Origin: Rhina ancylostomus
Lineage: Eukaryota
Direction: 5' to 3'
Assembly: GCA_030265395.1 (NCBI GenBank)
Contig: JARFYF010000118.1
Coordinates: 34,794,833 to 34,858,832, forward strand
Length of the DNA stretch: 64,000 bases
The translations under genes were made by a program, and so were the position numbers. The notes beneath the pieces were generated by a model, which saw nothing but the letters and a program-made list of their open reading frames with translations, searched no databases and was not told the origin of the DNA. Below, piece after piece: positions 26,510 through 40,095 of this stretch (positions are counted from its first letter, which is position 1; each line of letters opens with the position of its first letter).

Positions 26510-26825
26510 AGTTATAGCATCATACAGCATGGAAACAGGACCTTGACAGACAATGACAGAAACTGGTGCAACCGTCAACCATCCAGTTTTACCCTAATCC
26601 TACCCTATCCCATTTTATTCCCCCAACTATCCCCTGCACACTAGGGGCAACTTATAGTGACCAATTAACCTGTATGTCTTTGGGATGTGGGAGGAAACCC
26701 AGAGGATATCCATGGAGTCACAGGGAGAATGTGCAAACTCCACACAGATAGCATCCAAGGTGGGTATTGAACCTGGGTCTCTGGTGCTGTAAGGCAGCAA
26801 CTCTACCAGCAGTGCCACTGTGTCG
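26510..26825 (-). mobile_element. tRNA-derived SINE (HE1-like)
   Basis: gggagaatgtgcaaactccacacaga...ttgaacctgggtctctgg; matches 39900-40090 and the reverse of 34505-34690. Confidence 0.8.
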
Positions 26826-28859
26826 CTCATTGACTGGCAGTTGGCTGGCAGTAATTAATAGCTAACATGGGGTTAAAAGGGTACTTAAGAGTTTAAATGT
26901 ACAAGGCATCTTTCTGTGACCAGCTGAAAACTGGCCAACAAATACATTAACCATGCCATTCAATGCATTTCAGTGCTGGAGCAGACAACACAATGCTTTT
27001 TCCACAATGCTAATAGAGGAGCAATGCATCTCAGATAGCAAATTTTGGACCTCACTGATAAACTATATATTTAGCCTGAAGCTGCTGTACTATCTGTGCA
27101 GAAATGTCAGCCAGGATTGTAGCTTTAGCATAGCTCTTCCTTTGAATTTCTATCATTTCAACATCGAAATTGTGCAGCTCAAATGAAGACAGGCGTCTCA
27201 GGGTTGTGCTAGTGAGAAAATAAGACAAGCAGTTATGTGACCAGAAGACCAGTGATTGGATGGAGTGGGGTTGCTTGGCATGATATGGTCCCTGAGCTGG
27301 AGTAGATACAGATCTCAGAATGATTTTGAAATAGAGCCTGGGATCCTGAACTAATTTCTGATTAGAAAAATTTTATCGAACGTACAAAATGGAGAATTTG
27401 TTGGCACAGTTCACCACTACTAATGATGAACTAATGTCCCTGCCAACAGTAAATGAAATGAATTTACTCAGTCTAAATCAAGGCTACAATTTAAAGAAAA
27501 ATATGTGATTATACATGTGAAACTTGCAGCAAAAATGCTAGTAACTTATTTGTCCATGTTGAGCCAATCTCCTGGGCCTCCGAAGAAGATTAATGAACTA
27601 AATTGGGGAACAAATATTCATTGTCCATTTAGTTATAAAATCCCAGAATCACAAATGAAGTCTCCCACTCCCAACTATTTCAATTGAAAAATGCATGTTT
27701 AGTGAGAAGATAGGTTTAGTCCATAGAAATTAGAACTTATTACCATTCCGACCATTGAAGTCTTTAAGCCAGACGATGCTTTTCACAACTGCTATTGAAT
27801 TTTCTCAAGATGAGGTGAAGATAGTACTTGATCACAAGGCACAGAAGTTTGATGTTAGTTAGGAATGGATTTTGCCCTTGTGTGCTGTGGACTTCGCAGT
27901 TTTTTCCTTATCTCGGTGGCAGAGCACACAGTCAACTGGCAAGCTGCCGTCATTCAGAAAGCCCAATAAATGTATCTGCAACAGACCTTGACAATATTGC
28001 ATCAGTGCCAGGAACTGTTGGGTCTCTGTGGTCAGACCTCCTCACTACAATTTCCATGGATGAGGAACAGAGACAATGATAACCAGCTAATTCCTGGTTT
28101 ACACAACACATCTCCCATTGCTGCACATGAAAGCAGAACACTTGGTCTGGTTGAGGATTGTTCTCCCAAAGTGGGTGGTCTTGTTTCTCCTCACATTAAA
28201 TCCCATACTCACGCTGGGTTTTCCCAGTGTCCCAACGTGCACTTAACTTTGCACCTCAGTGGGGGGAGTATCCCTGAGAGATTTACCTACCATGCCTCTG
28301 AGTTGCTTAACTGTAATCATCACTGATAGCACCACTGTTGCCACTGTTCCAATGGTAAAGACCCAGTGATGACAATTGATCCTCCAATATTTGTTTTAAA
28401 TAACTTTATACAAATCTGGGTTTGATGTCCTTAAATATCCAAAATTACATAGAGTGGCCAGGCCTCTCTTGGTTTGGAGGACTATTTAGTTTAGTCCAGC
28501 CAACTAATTTTTGTAGAGTATTGTGAGAGTTATCCATCAGTAACCAGTTTCACAGCTACCTCTACATTATAACTATATTTGTAGCTATCTAATTCATGTA
28601 GTCACTCTCCCTTAATGTAAGTTATAATCTTATTTCATTCACTGAGGCACAGCACAGAGAGCACACTTTCTGTGCATAGAGGCACAATTCACCTGTCTGT
28701 ATTCAAAGAGCCTTCACACCAGTCATATCCTGGGCTGATGAAACCCTGCTATCAGGCTGGACTATTCCAACTGTCCGTCCTCCCCTTTTTCTTCATCCCT
28801 TTCTCCTAGCTTTCTTCCTAATGAATTACCTCTTTCAAAATTAAACATGAGTCCTCATG

Positions 28860-29405
28860 ATGTTGGTTTTAGAAGTTATGGAGGTCCAAGTGAAAGAAAT
28901 CCAGTCATCCTGGAAGGGCTTGATAGCAATAATCTATAATTTAATGATGCAAATACGTCCAGAGTCATTGGACAAAATTAAGAATGAATGGGAAAGCGAA
29001 CTCCAGACATCTATACCTACAGACACGGAAGAAAGTTCTTAATNNNNNNNNNNNNNNNNNNNNNNNNNNNNNNNNNNNNNNNNNNNNNNNNNNNNNNNNN
29101 NNNNNNNNNNNNNNNNNNNNNNNNNNNNNNNNNNNNNNNNNNNGGAGTGCCCCGCGCCATCTTGTGTCGGGGCCTCCGACGACGCTCGCAATCGTGGGAG
29201 CTGGTTCGTGAAAGGTAAGTTGCCACATTATATTCATTAACTAACAGTTCGTTGGATCTACAGATTATTTTTTATAGTTTATTGTTCTGTATGATTATCT
29301 ATGCCATGAGTGTTATCCTGATCTCTTTGTAATACATGTACGAACATTGATGCTATTATATTAATCTGTATTGATTTGAAAACTAATGAAAAAGATTGAA
29401 AAAGA
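28860..29405 (+). mobile_element. L1-clade LINE remnant
   Basis: KGLIAIIYNLMMQIRPESLDKIKNEWESELQTSIP resembles the C-terminal region of fish L1 ORF2; A-rich end; contains a gap. Confidence 0.6.
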
Positions 29406-30699
29406 GGAGCCTTAAGGTTAGACAAAGTGCTACATTGCAAGAGATGTCATCATTTGTAAAAGTCCTATTCCATTGAATTTCCCATTGAAAGTTCCTTTTA
29501 GAATTGAGCTTGGAAGTTCTAGTGCTCAGACCGATAGTTATCCATTGACCAACAACAGAAAACTTGGTTGTTAACCTTGCTGCTATTTGTGGAACCTTGC
29601 TGTGCACAATTGTGTTTGATGTCTACAACCTTGACTACACTTAAAAAAGAACTTCCTGGGCTATAAAACATTGGTACTTCCCAGGGGTCAAGAAAGATGT
29701 GGAATTTATTCAGGTCTCATTTTCTCTGTTAATTTATTTCAATATTTTTTCTTGTCTTCATTTTTTTCTCTTCTTCCTCTCTCCTCTTTTCCCCTCTTTA
29801 ATCCCTTTTCTTCCTTCTTCTATCTTTCCATTTATCCTATTGCGTTCTATGTACTATAGAGATTCCAAACTGTCATCACCAGTTGTAACAATTTCACCGC
29901 AGTGATGGCCTCTTATGAGAACAGATCAAGATTGTTGTGGTTGTTGGTAATTGGTTTATTATTGTCACATGTATTTTCACATATAGTGAAAACCAGTGAA
30001 TTTTGCTCTGCAATTTCTAGTGGAAGATAAATGTATTCTTCTTGCTCTTTAAGTGTAGCAGATGGCACATTTTGAGTATCTGAGCATGTTTTTAGTTGTG
30101 GGTATTGCATTCTCAACCCTCGTTTTTCCAAACTTCAGTGCATTGTTGCTGATTCTGGAGTCTTGGTGTAAGTGGTAATAGGATAACACACAGAATAACT
30201 TCAATTCCTTCCTCCAGCATCAAAAGAATACAAGGTCTTGGCAAATTAGATTTTTGAGAAAGATCTACATTTGTCTTTTTGTGTATTATTAAAACTTCTC
30301 TTGACATCTCTTCCTATAAAATGTCAGTGCTGGCTTTAAGAAGAGTGGTGGTATTAAGACAGGGTGAGCTAATTCATGGAAATCACTTCATGCATTAATC
30401 TTCCACTAGCATTAGGGTTAGGTGTATTTTCGTTTATGATGTATGGCTAGACATAAGATTGTGCTAAAATATGGTTGTGTTTGGTCTAAATGCCCAATCA
30501 TAAAAAATTGCAACTGTAGCCAACCCCAACTTGAAATTACATTATGTTGGGTTCCACACAGAAGCAAGAGCTAAAACAGGAACCTCCGCAGTTCATGACC
30601 TTGCCCATGTCTCACTACTTTGCCACGTTGCATTCAGAGAAGGGCACCATCCCTTAAAGACTCACTGCCCATGGCATCTACAGAGTAACACCATCTACA

Positions 30700-30915
30700 T
30701 GAAGAAGAGGGAGGCTGCAGTAGATAGAAAGGCACTCCTGTTTTCACTCAGAGGGTTGTACAATGACATACATATCAGGAGAACGGCCCTGTGTGCTGGG
30801 GGATCAGAAGATTCACCAGGCCCTCCATAAGAAGAGCCTCACAAGAGGTGGCTCTAGCCATCTCGTCCAGGAGTGAGAACCCCTGCACACTGGAGCAATG
30901 CAGAAAGAAATCTCG
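30700..30915 (+). pseudogene. Degenerate Myb/SANT-like DNA-binding ORF (Harbinger partner gene)
   Basis: EAAVDRKALLFS...RRASQEVALAISSRSENPCTLEQCRKK resembles the trihelix Myb/SANT-like domain with its Trp residues lost; it lies next to the transposase fossil. Confidence 0.6.
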
Positions 30916-31399
30916 TGTTCGCACACAATACTTCACTATGATCTGCATACTACCATTTATAAGCACAGAATGGAAATCCTCACAGAAGATCTATTTTTAT
31001 GCAGAGATCTGAATTCATCCACCTAGGTTCCAGTAGTTTGATGTACAATGATATTGTATCAGACCCCATTTCAGTAATTAGATCAAAGATTCATTCATCC
31101 GTGTATCATAATCAGTTCAGGTAGACTTGCAGAGCAGCAGACGAGGAATAATTGTGCTTCCCCATCCCCACCTCAGCCCCTGATTATTGGCATACGATGT
31201 TGAAATTAATAATCTGAGTGCGGAGTCACTTGGTAATTACTGGGAAATTTTATTTTGCAGGCTGCCTTTGAGAATTGTATCTCTTTCATCCTGGGCAGCT
31301 AAGACCTACCTCCTTGGCTCATTTGGGAGATGAAGCTCTGGATACTGAGCAGAGTCATGTCTCTTGGAGCCTCCCTCTTCCTCTGACTCCTACTGCTCT

Positions 31400-31831
31400 C
31401 CAGATTCAGATTCAGATTCAGAGCAATTAATGTCATGTACACCAGGGTACAATGAAATCCCTTGCTCCCGTGAAGCTCACAGAGTAAACAGTATACATGG
31501 TTATAAGTACAACAGTAAATACATCGACGAGTGCAAAACTACAGAATGGTGCAAATGTATTAGTGCCATCTGAAGTAGTGCAAAATGAAATGCTGAAGTG
31601 ACAATAATGGAAGAGGTAGAATTAAGGGTTCATGAACATGGCAGCACCATCGAGGAGGGGATGTGAAAGAGGTGGTTGGTTCAAAAGTCTAATAGCAGTG
31701 GGGAAGAAGCTGTCTGGTCTGGTTTAGTCATTAAGTCTGGTTGTCCAGGCTTTCAAGCTCCTGTGTCTTCTCCCAGAAGGTAGAAGAGCGAAAAGGGAAT
31801 GGTCAGGGTGGCGGGCATCCTTGACGGTACT
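31400..31831 (-). mobile_element. Rex1/Babar-like LINE 3' fragment
   Basis: STVKDARHPDHSLFALLPSGRRHRSLKAWTTRLND on the minus strand; (gattca)n tail at ~31402-31420. Confidence 0.8.
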
Positions 31832-31894
31832 NNNNNNNNNNNNNNNNNNNNNNNNNNNNNNNGGTCTTCTTTCACTGGCACCAGCTGTTGACAC

Positions 31895-33060
31895 TGTTTG
31901 GCCAGATGTGCAGTATGTGACACCCAATGATGAAGTCTCCACTTCTGCTTGGTATCCACTGCCAGACACCCCTGGACTGGTGGAGGTATCTAAGTGTCAT
32001 GTTAAGGAGACCGATGCTGTTTTCTACTGCTTTCCCAGTCTGTGCACAGCTCTCTTTGTATCTATTCAGGCCCCATGGTTAGAGAGTCCACTAGTGTGAG
32101 GGGCAAGAGAAGTGCAGGGTAACCCCTAACCCCTAGACAAGTGCTGAAAATGCCCAATGCTGCTGACTCCTTCAGGGTGATAGCTTCCCAGAAATATGGC
32201 ATTCACAATGAGGAAGTTCTTCTCATTGATTCCCACACACCGGCACATTGAGGGGGTGGAAACCTTCCTGTCCTTTAACATGGAACATTTTTATTGGCAC
32301 AGGGATGCAGTCAATGGCTGACTGCACTCGTGAGAAGCTGTCAATGCTGGCTAATACTAGTCCCGAGATTCCATCCTGTCCTCACTGAGATCAAAGTAGA
32401 TGGGATAATTTCTTTGTGAATCTGTGCCTGGACTGACCTTTTGAATGTACACAGTCTTTTCCCAGGGTTGAGAAATCAAGTAGAGGGACAGGTTTAAGGT
32501 GAGGGGGAAAGATTTAAAAGGGACCTGAGGGGCAAAATATTCACCCAGAGAGTGGAGTGAGCTGCCAGAGGAAGTGGTTGGGGCAGGAACATTAGCAGCA
32601 TTTAAAAGGCATTTGGACAGGTACATGGATAAGAAAGTTTTAGAGGGATAAGGGCCAAACACGGGCAAATGGGAATAGCTTAGATGGGCATCTTGGTTGG
32701 CATGGAACAGTTGGGCTGAAGGGCCTGTTTTCATGCCCTATGGCTCTATGACTCTATGACTCAACCTCTGTGATGGTGGGAAACAGCACATACGGACACA
32801 GCATACATCTGCTAGGGTGCCTTGGACAGATCCTGTGGCAAGGAAATTGGGAGTCAATGTGGCCTTAACCTCCACAAGGAGAGAGCAGTCTAGTCACGAG
32901 GGCATGGCTGGGGATCTTCCAGCGCAGCCGGGACAGCATTGGAAAACCTGAGCCTGGGAATCCAATTCATCACAGAAGTCCAGAAAGGATGTAGTGTCGG
33001 TCTGAGCATGGGGCTTACACTGATGGGTATGGCTTTGCCCCCTGTCCTGAGATTCACAAC
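31895..33060 (-). pseudogene. Fossil PIF/Harbinger (HARBI1-like) DDE transposase, near full length, interrupted by CR1
   Basis: Minus-strand blocks in the correct order: SFLDFCDE..RLRFS; LLVEVKATLTPNFLATGSVQGTLADVC; IYFDLSE; FSRVQSAIDCIPVPIK; RK-FHPLNV-VC; NFLIVNAIFLGSYH; LGVRGYP; RYKESCAQTGKAVENSIGLLNMTLRYL; FIIGCHILH. Frameshifts and stops are present. Confidence 0.8.
32450..32760 (+). mobile_element. CR1-type LINE 3' fragment inserted in the Harbinger transposase
   Basis: Similar to 15520-15840; ends in a (ctctatga)n tail. Confidence 0.9.
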
Positions 33061-33179
33061 CCACATAACCGTAGTGTCACTTCCACTCGGACACCATTGT
33101 TGGGGAATCTCAGCAGCTCATGGCTGGAAAAAGCACTTGCTGTCAGTTTAAGCACTTTGCGGACTTTGGGAGGTGCTTT

Positions 33180-33785
33180 AATTGGTAAATTGGTTTATTA
33201 TTGTCATGTACTGGGTACAGTGAAAATCCTCATTTTGCATGCCATCCATATAGATCATTTCATCACACCAGTGCATTGATGTAGTACAAGGGAAAACAAC
33301 AACAGAATGCAAAATGAAGTGTTATAGTTGCAGAGAAAGTGCGGTGCAGGCAGACAATAAGGTACAAGGCCATAACGAGGTAGATTGTGAGGTCAAGAGT
33401 CCATCTTATCATACAAGAGGTATGTTCAATAATCTTATAACAGTGGGATAGAAGGTGTCCTTGAGCCTGGTGGTACGTGCTTTCAGGTTTTTATATCTTC
33501 TGCCCAATGGGGGGGAAGAAGAGAGATTGTCTGGGATGGGTGAGGTCTTTGATTACATTGGCTGCTTTATCAAGGCAGTGAGGAGGGGAGGGGAGGGGAG
33601 GCTGGTTTCCGTGGTGTGCTGAGCTGTGACTACAACTCTGCAGTTTCTTGTGGTCTTGGGCAGAGCAGTTGTCATACCAAGCTGTGATGCATCCGGATCT
33701 GATGCTTTCCGTGGTTCAGTTACAAAAATTGGTGAGGGGCAAAGGGGACATGCCAAATTTCTTCAGCCTCCTGATGAAGTAGCAT
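33180..33785 (-). mobile_element. Rex1/Babar-like LINE 3' fragment
   Basis: The minus strand encodes a PLGRRYKNLKARTTRLKDTF-type C-terminus; ttggtttattattgtca tail. Confidence 0.8.
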
Positions 33786-34504
33786 CCTGAGGAAGAGCTT
33801 GAGTAGCTTTCAGAGGGTTATGAATCTGCCCAGTCAGGTATCCTGATATCCCTTTAGTTAGCAAAAGAAACAAGAAGCCATTGTGATGTTCACATAGTTG
33901 GATCGTTTCATGACAGTGATATTGTGGAGCTTCCTGCTCAAGTTTATACTGGTATGGTAGTAACATGCAGTCCATGAATAATTACATCATTTGCTGTGTA
34001 CCTAACTGGGAAATCACTGGGCAGGAATCATACACTGAGGCGCCTGTTCCAAGTTTACATGACCTACAATTTCACCCAGAATTAATCTACAATGCAATAA
34101 ACCATGGATAAAATTGAAAATTGCAAGTGAATCAGGTTTCGAGACTATACCACATTTTCCTGAACATCCCTCTCTGCAAAAGTACCTTTCTATGTATTTT
34201 TTTAACTTTCTATCATCTGTGTCGTATCCACTGCTAGTACTTTGCAGTAACATCGGACCTGTATCCATGGTGTCCTTATTTAAGTTGCGTCAATCTTTCA
34301 CCCTTATTTCCTGAGGGGGTCCTTTGACACCGAGGCACACTGTTCACCATGGTCGTTTTGGTCTTGCATGCTACAAGTTTGCATTGTTTCCTCACTCGCC
34401 AGCAGCATTCCCCTGGTGCTCTGTTGTAAAAGATGTGAAGTCTTTGGATGGTGGAGGAAGGCAAGGAAATTATTTGGTGTGTTGCAATGCATTCTACAGA
34501 TGGG

Positions 34505-34690
34505 TAGTAGAGTGGTGCAGCAAGCAGTCCCACTGCCTCACAGCTCCAGTGAAGCAGGTTCAATTCTGACCTCCAATGCTGTCTTTGTGGAGTATGCATG
34601 TCCTTCCTATGACCATGTGGGAATCCCCCAGGTGCTCCAGCTTCCTCCCAGCATCCCAAAGATGTTCTAGCAGGTGAACTGGCCANNNNN
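34505..34690 (+). mobile_element. tRNA-derived SINE (HE1-like), 5' part
   Basis: gtggtgcagc...ctgcctcacagctccag...ggttcaattct A/B boxes. Confidence 0.8.
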
Positions 34691-35059
34691 NNNNNNNNNN
34701 NNNNNNNNNNNNNNNNNNNNNNNNNNNNNNNNNNNNNNNNNNNNNNNNNNNNNNNNNNNNNNNNNNNNNNNNNNNNNNNNNNNNNCTTTTTACGATGTTT
34801 TTATTAATTCCACATAGAAAATACAAAGTACATGAATCAGAAAAAAGACAAAGTACTATACTTTGTGTTAAATCGTACTTGAAATCACAATACCCCGTAC
34901 TGATAAACAAAAATATTCATTAATTAATAGCAATTAAATTGGAATAATTTTATTATATAAAAAAGCCTAAACCCACTACCAAGACCGAAGCTGTTTGGTT
35001 AAAAAAAAGGATAGAGAAACACCGTAAACGCATAATAAATAATAAATAAGATTTTTTTT

Positions 35060-35460
35060 GTAGCACATTTTCTTAGCACCTTTCACAATGTTCCAAACCA
35101 TCTCACTGCTACTGAAGTACTTTGGGAGTGCACTCAATGTAGAAAATAGGAAGCTGAATTCACACTCAGCAAGCTCCCACAAGCAGAAATGTGACAATGA
35201 CCAGANNNNNNNNNNTACCAAGGAAACTTCCCTCGATCTTCTTCAAAATAGTGCACTGCAATCTTTTACATCCATCTGGGAGAGTGTGTCAAGCCCTAGC
35301 TTACTCTCTCATTCAAGAGACAATACTGTCAACAGACTACAGAGCTACCCCAGTATCGCACTGAGGTATCAGCCTAGATTTTCCTGCTTAAGCATTTGGC
35401 ATGGAATTGGAACCCCCATTCTTCTGACTCAGTGTTTCTGTCTGAGCCACCATTGTACCA
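35060..35460 (-). mobile_element. Deu-domain SINE, degenerate
   Basis: Reverse core cttcttcaaaatagtg...atcttttacatcca...tcagcctagatt...ttctgactcag. Confidence 0.65.
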
Positions 35461-38400
35461 TNNNNNNNNNNNNNNNNNNNNNNNNNNNNNNNNNNNNNNN
35501 NNNNNNNNNNNNNNNNNNNNNNNNNNNNNNNNNNNNNNNNNNNNNNNNNNNNNNNNNNNNNTAATAGTGCACTAAAATATGCCTCTCTTATTCCCTCGGA
35601 GCAATTATCCAATACATTCACACCCTTTACTCCTTCTTCCATAGCTGTATTAAAAAATTTACAAAATTTATATGGAGAAAGTTGCTTCTCAGAGGCTTAA
35701 AGAAATTTTTAAGGAAATCCCAGAAATTTTTAATGATCATTATTATTAGAGCAATATGATTGGCTATTTTGTTTCTTTCCCATGTACAACCTCTTACAGG
35801 TTCTAAGCTTGTGTGTTTTCTTTAAAGATTGGTGATCGTCGAAAAAGGACTTCTTAATTTATTTGTGTGAATTGTGGAACTATGCTTCCTGTTTTAGTAT
35901 GGCTGTCAATGTTAGAACTGAATGTAACACAACAACAATTGCTAATCTCACACAAGGATAGTTTGTTTGGGAATGGAAAATAAACTTTGTCAAAAGTGTG
36001 CTTTTTATTAGCGGCTTCTTGTCATACCTTTAATCTGCATTTGTGATCTGCTTTTCACCTGAGAATGCTTGATGATAAATTAGGCTCTGTCCTGTGTAGA
36101 GCTCTTTCTCCTTGACACGATAAACAAAATCAAAAATAATTACCATACCCAGAATGATGCAAGCCACCACTTGATCATTTGGCTGGTGAATTTTTGCACA
36201 GGGAGTTCAATGACAGCATTGTAACCTTGAATCAGAAGGTTATGGGTTAAAGGCTCAGTTGAGAAGTGTGCAGCTAGCTCTGCAATGTCTTTCAAATGAA
36301 CTGTTGAGTGCCGGTCCTTCAAGGTGGTAGATGCAGAAGATGCCATGACACCACTTGAAGGAGCAAGTTGATGGTAGGGTTAGTTTATTCCAATTAGTTG
36401 GAAGTTCCAAATCATTAGTGGATATGCAGAGAAGGGAGGGATATGGTCAATGTGTGGGAAGAAAGATTAGATTAATTAGAAGTCATTGGTTTAATTAATT
36501 CGGCAGAACATCATGGGCCTATTCTGTGTTGTGATGTTCTATGTTATATGATATAAGTCTGATCGTATGCATGAAATGCACAGTACAGAAGTCAAGGAAC
36601 TGAATTTCGGAAGTGGGGTACAGTGCACCATTGGTACTGTGCAATTCCAATTGAATGGTTGTTCAGTTCGTTGCAGTTTATGGGACCATGCAGTGTGTAA
36701 TTTGGCAGCTGCATATCCCCACAGTACATCAATGACCACACTTCAGAAGTACTTCATTGGATGTAAAGCTCTTTGGCCCAGAGAGCACTTTATAAATATA
36801 AGCTTTTTCTCTCCCAATGTAAATTTATGATGGGTGTAAATTCATCAAATAATCTGTTCATTAGAAAATCATCCCCAATGTTCCATGTTGTCTCTTAAAT
36901 CAGTCTTCCAGAAATAAATAAAATATTACCATTACCCAACATTTCTGAACCTTGGTTGAAAGGTTTTAGTTAAGGTGATTAATGTGGAATATCAGACCTT
37001 GCAGTTTGTAATTGCATTAATTCCCAACAGGGTGATCGTAAGAACACAGGAATGTACAGGCCAGGAAAGGTTTGCTTGCTCCCAGAGCCTCAGAAGTATC
37101 ATATCCAAAATAATTCTCATAACCCTGTATCAATTCTATTTTCAGCAGGTACTTAGCCAATTCTCTCTTGAGTTAACGAATACAATCAGCCCTGTGTATT
37201 TTCCAGCCCATGCATAAAACAGGATGATCTAAACTGCCTTTTCTCTCCACTCTTCTAAATTTGTGGCTGTAACTTCAGAATCTTTGTATTTAACCAGTTT
37301 CTGGGTCTTAACTCCGTCTTTTTTGGTGCAAAGGTGGTGTGGTTCTGGTGTAAGAGGGCACCAGAAACCAGGCTGCGAGCCCAGACTTACAACCGTTCCA
37401 AAGCATAAAGATGCTCCATTGGAACTGGTTGCTAAAGTAAGCAACCCCAGCAAGTGTTGCTTTGGCTTTTGTCCACATTAAATGATATCTTCAACTAATG
37501 TTTTCCTGTCCTTAACTATTTGATTAGTCTGATCCCTGTTGTTGGCACTGTTTGGTACATTTTTGTAAGCTCGTTTTTTTATTCCTGTGCCCACCACTTA
37601 ATGCACATTGCCCAGAGCAAAGTTAGAAGTTTAGAGAAGATTTGAATTTTCTATTTCTATATATATCCAAGTATTCCATAGACGTGGGTTTACAATAGTA
37701 AAACTGATCAATTGTGACAATATATTTGGCATAATAGGTTAAATAAATTCCTGNNNNNNNNNNNNNNNNNNNNNNNNNNNNNCTAGGCCTCCAAGTTGCA
37801 ATATAGGACACGACAGTTTGAACATTTGACACATTCAGCTGAAATTTCTCTCTGTTATTTCAGCAGAGGCATAAACCCACTCAAAATAAATAGCAGAGCA
37901 AAGAATTTGAAACACACAAAGGCCTGTATTTTCCTCATCGGCAGGATGGTGAACTCCACACATTGCTTTGAACCCGACATAACTTCCAACCCATTTTCCG
38001 GGGTGTTGTCAGTTTTGCCATCTGGAGCAAGATGCTGGCAGGTTCCCCCGCCCCCCCCCCCCCCAGTGCTTTCCCGAAAAATTCCAGAGAGTGGTGCAGT
38101 GAGATCACCAATACCACAGCCAACGCTGTTGAGCACATTTTAACATGGGAAAGCTTCAAAGAGAAGGTCTGGAAATTTTTAAAACCTTTAATTCTCTGTC
38201 TTGTAACTACCCATAAGCTGTTGCTTAAACCTAATATATAGTGAAGTCTTTGGTTAAGTGCGGTGCCATGTTGTTGAACTATAACATAGGAACAGGCACA
38301 CCTCATCTTGAACCTGTTTCCCAAACATCTAAGTCACAAAGCATTTTGAAAGAATGCTTAAAATTCAATACTTGGTTGTTGAATTGGTAACCTGAGGACA

Positions 38401-38509
38401 ATTTAGGCTCATTGGCAAAACAAACTGAGATGACATTGGAAGGGACATTTTTGGACATCAGCTTGATGTAATTTGAATTGCACTGTTTGAAAGGCTAGTG
38501 GAAATGTAA

Positions 38510-38775
38510 GATCATAAGATATAGGAGCAGAATTTGGCCGTTTGGTCCATCGAGTCTGCTCTGCCATTCAATCATGGCTAATTTTTTTCAACCCCATTCT
38601 CCTGCCTTCTCTACATAACCCTTAATCCCCTTACCAATCAAGAACCCATCAATCTCTGCTTTAACTCCAACCAATGGCTTGGCCTGTACAGCTCTCTGTG
38701 GCAACAAATTCCACAGATTCACCACCCTCTACTGAAGAAGTTCCAGGGACATTGCTTTATTTTGAGGCTGTGCTT
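38510..38775 (-). mobile_element. CR1-type LINE 3' end (different subfamily)
   Basis: cataagatataggagcagaa...ggccg...ccatcgagtctgct reverse tail and ttccacagattcaccaccctct. Confidence 0.75.
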
Positions 38776-38779
38776 TCTG

Positions 38780-39045
38780 AATCATTGAATGTGGGTCTTC
38801 AGACTCCTGTACCTCCTCCTCCCTGATGGTGGTAATTAGAAGAGGGCATGGCCCAGATGGTGAGGCACCACCTCTTGCAGATATCCTCGATGATGGGGAG
38901 AGTTGTGTCCATGATGGAGCCAGCTGACTCTCTAACCCTCTAAAGCCCCTTGCAATCGTGTATGTTGGAGCCTTCATACCAGGCTTTGATGCAACCAGTC
39001 AGAATGCTTTCCACTGTACATCTGTAGAAATTTGTAAGAGTCTAA
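38780..39045 (-). mobile_element. Rex1/Babar-like LINE fragment
   Basis: Same C-terminal region (HALF..PSGRR.RSLKTH), with frameshifts. Confidence 0.65.
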
Positions 39046-39769
39046 TTGCATTGATGTTTCAGTGAGTTGGCACAGGCAGGATGGGCCAAATGGCCAGCTT
39101 TTGTGCTTTAGGATTTTACGTAACAGGCAGAGGCCAGCCACTCATATGTTGGCACCTTTCACCAGCTTGGATATTACAACATTTGGCACAACATGATCCT
39201 TTAATTCTGTGCTTGACATTTATTTTTCAATATGGATGCAACTAAATGCAATACTACTGGAGGTTTTAGCAATACATTTTAATAATTATTATTTTATCAA
39301 CTGTGGTAAATTCTATATACCAAGGAGAGATTTGTAGTAATGCAATTTCAAGATTCCAAAAAGGGTTTCAAAACCGTTTGACCTCATCTGAATCTCTAGG
39401 CTGGGTTACAGCGTGGCAACTCTCTTCCTATTTCCTATTATTTTATATGTCACTGTTCAACAGGGAGACAGAGCTCTTTCCTGATGAATTAAATAAAGCA
39501 GCAAAGTGCTTTTTTTCAGTAGAGGATAAGGGTGAATTTGAAATCATTCAGTAAGAGATTTTTTTTACTGAAACCTTATTAAAGAAGAACAGGTTGAAAA
39601 TAATGCTATATTTTCTCCCTGCAAAGTAATATAATTCTTATTACCAAACGCTCTATCCTATAATTTCTCAAACTATTTTAATTGTTCTCGGTAAAGGCTT
39701 TTAGAAAAAGAAAAGCTTGCATTTCAGTAACACCTTTTACAATCCCAGAACATCTCTATAAAGAGTTTC

Positions 39770-40095
39770 TATGTTTCCTTATGGCATGGAAGGTAGCCAT
39801 TCCACCCATCAAATCTCTGCTAGCTCACAAAGCAATCCCATTCCTCCACTAATTTTCCTTGTAACCTTTTCTTCCTATAATTCCACCATCCATCTGCACT
39901 AGGAACAATATACAATGGCCATTTAACCTATCAACCTGCACATCCTTATGATATGGATGGAAACCGGAGTGCCAGGAGGAAATCCACACAGTCACAGGGA
40001 GAACATGCAAACTCCACACAGACAGCAGCGGAAGACAGGATTGAATCCGGGTCTCTGGAACTGCTGTGATATAGCAGCTCTATATGTGCCACTCT
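39770..40095 (-). mobile_element. tRNA-derived SINE (HE1-like)
   Basis: Same family as 26510-26825. Confidence 0.8.

Noticed and set aside
34505-34575. tRNA-like A/B boxes
   Set aside because: These are SINE heads without a complete cloverleaf, so no tRNA gene is called.
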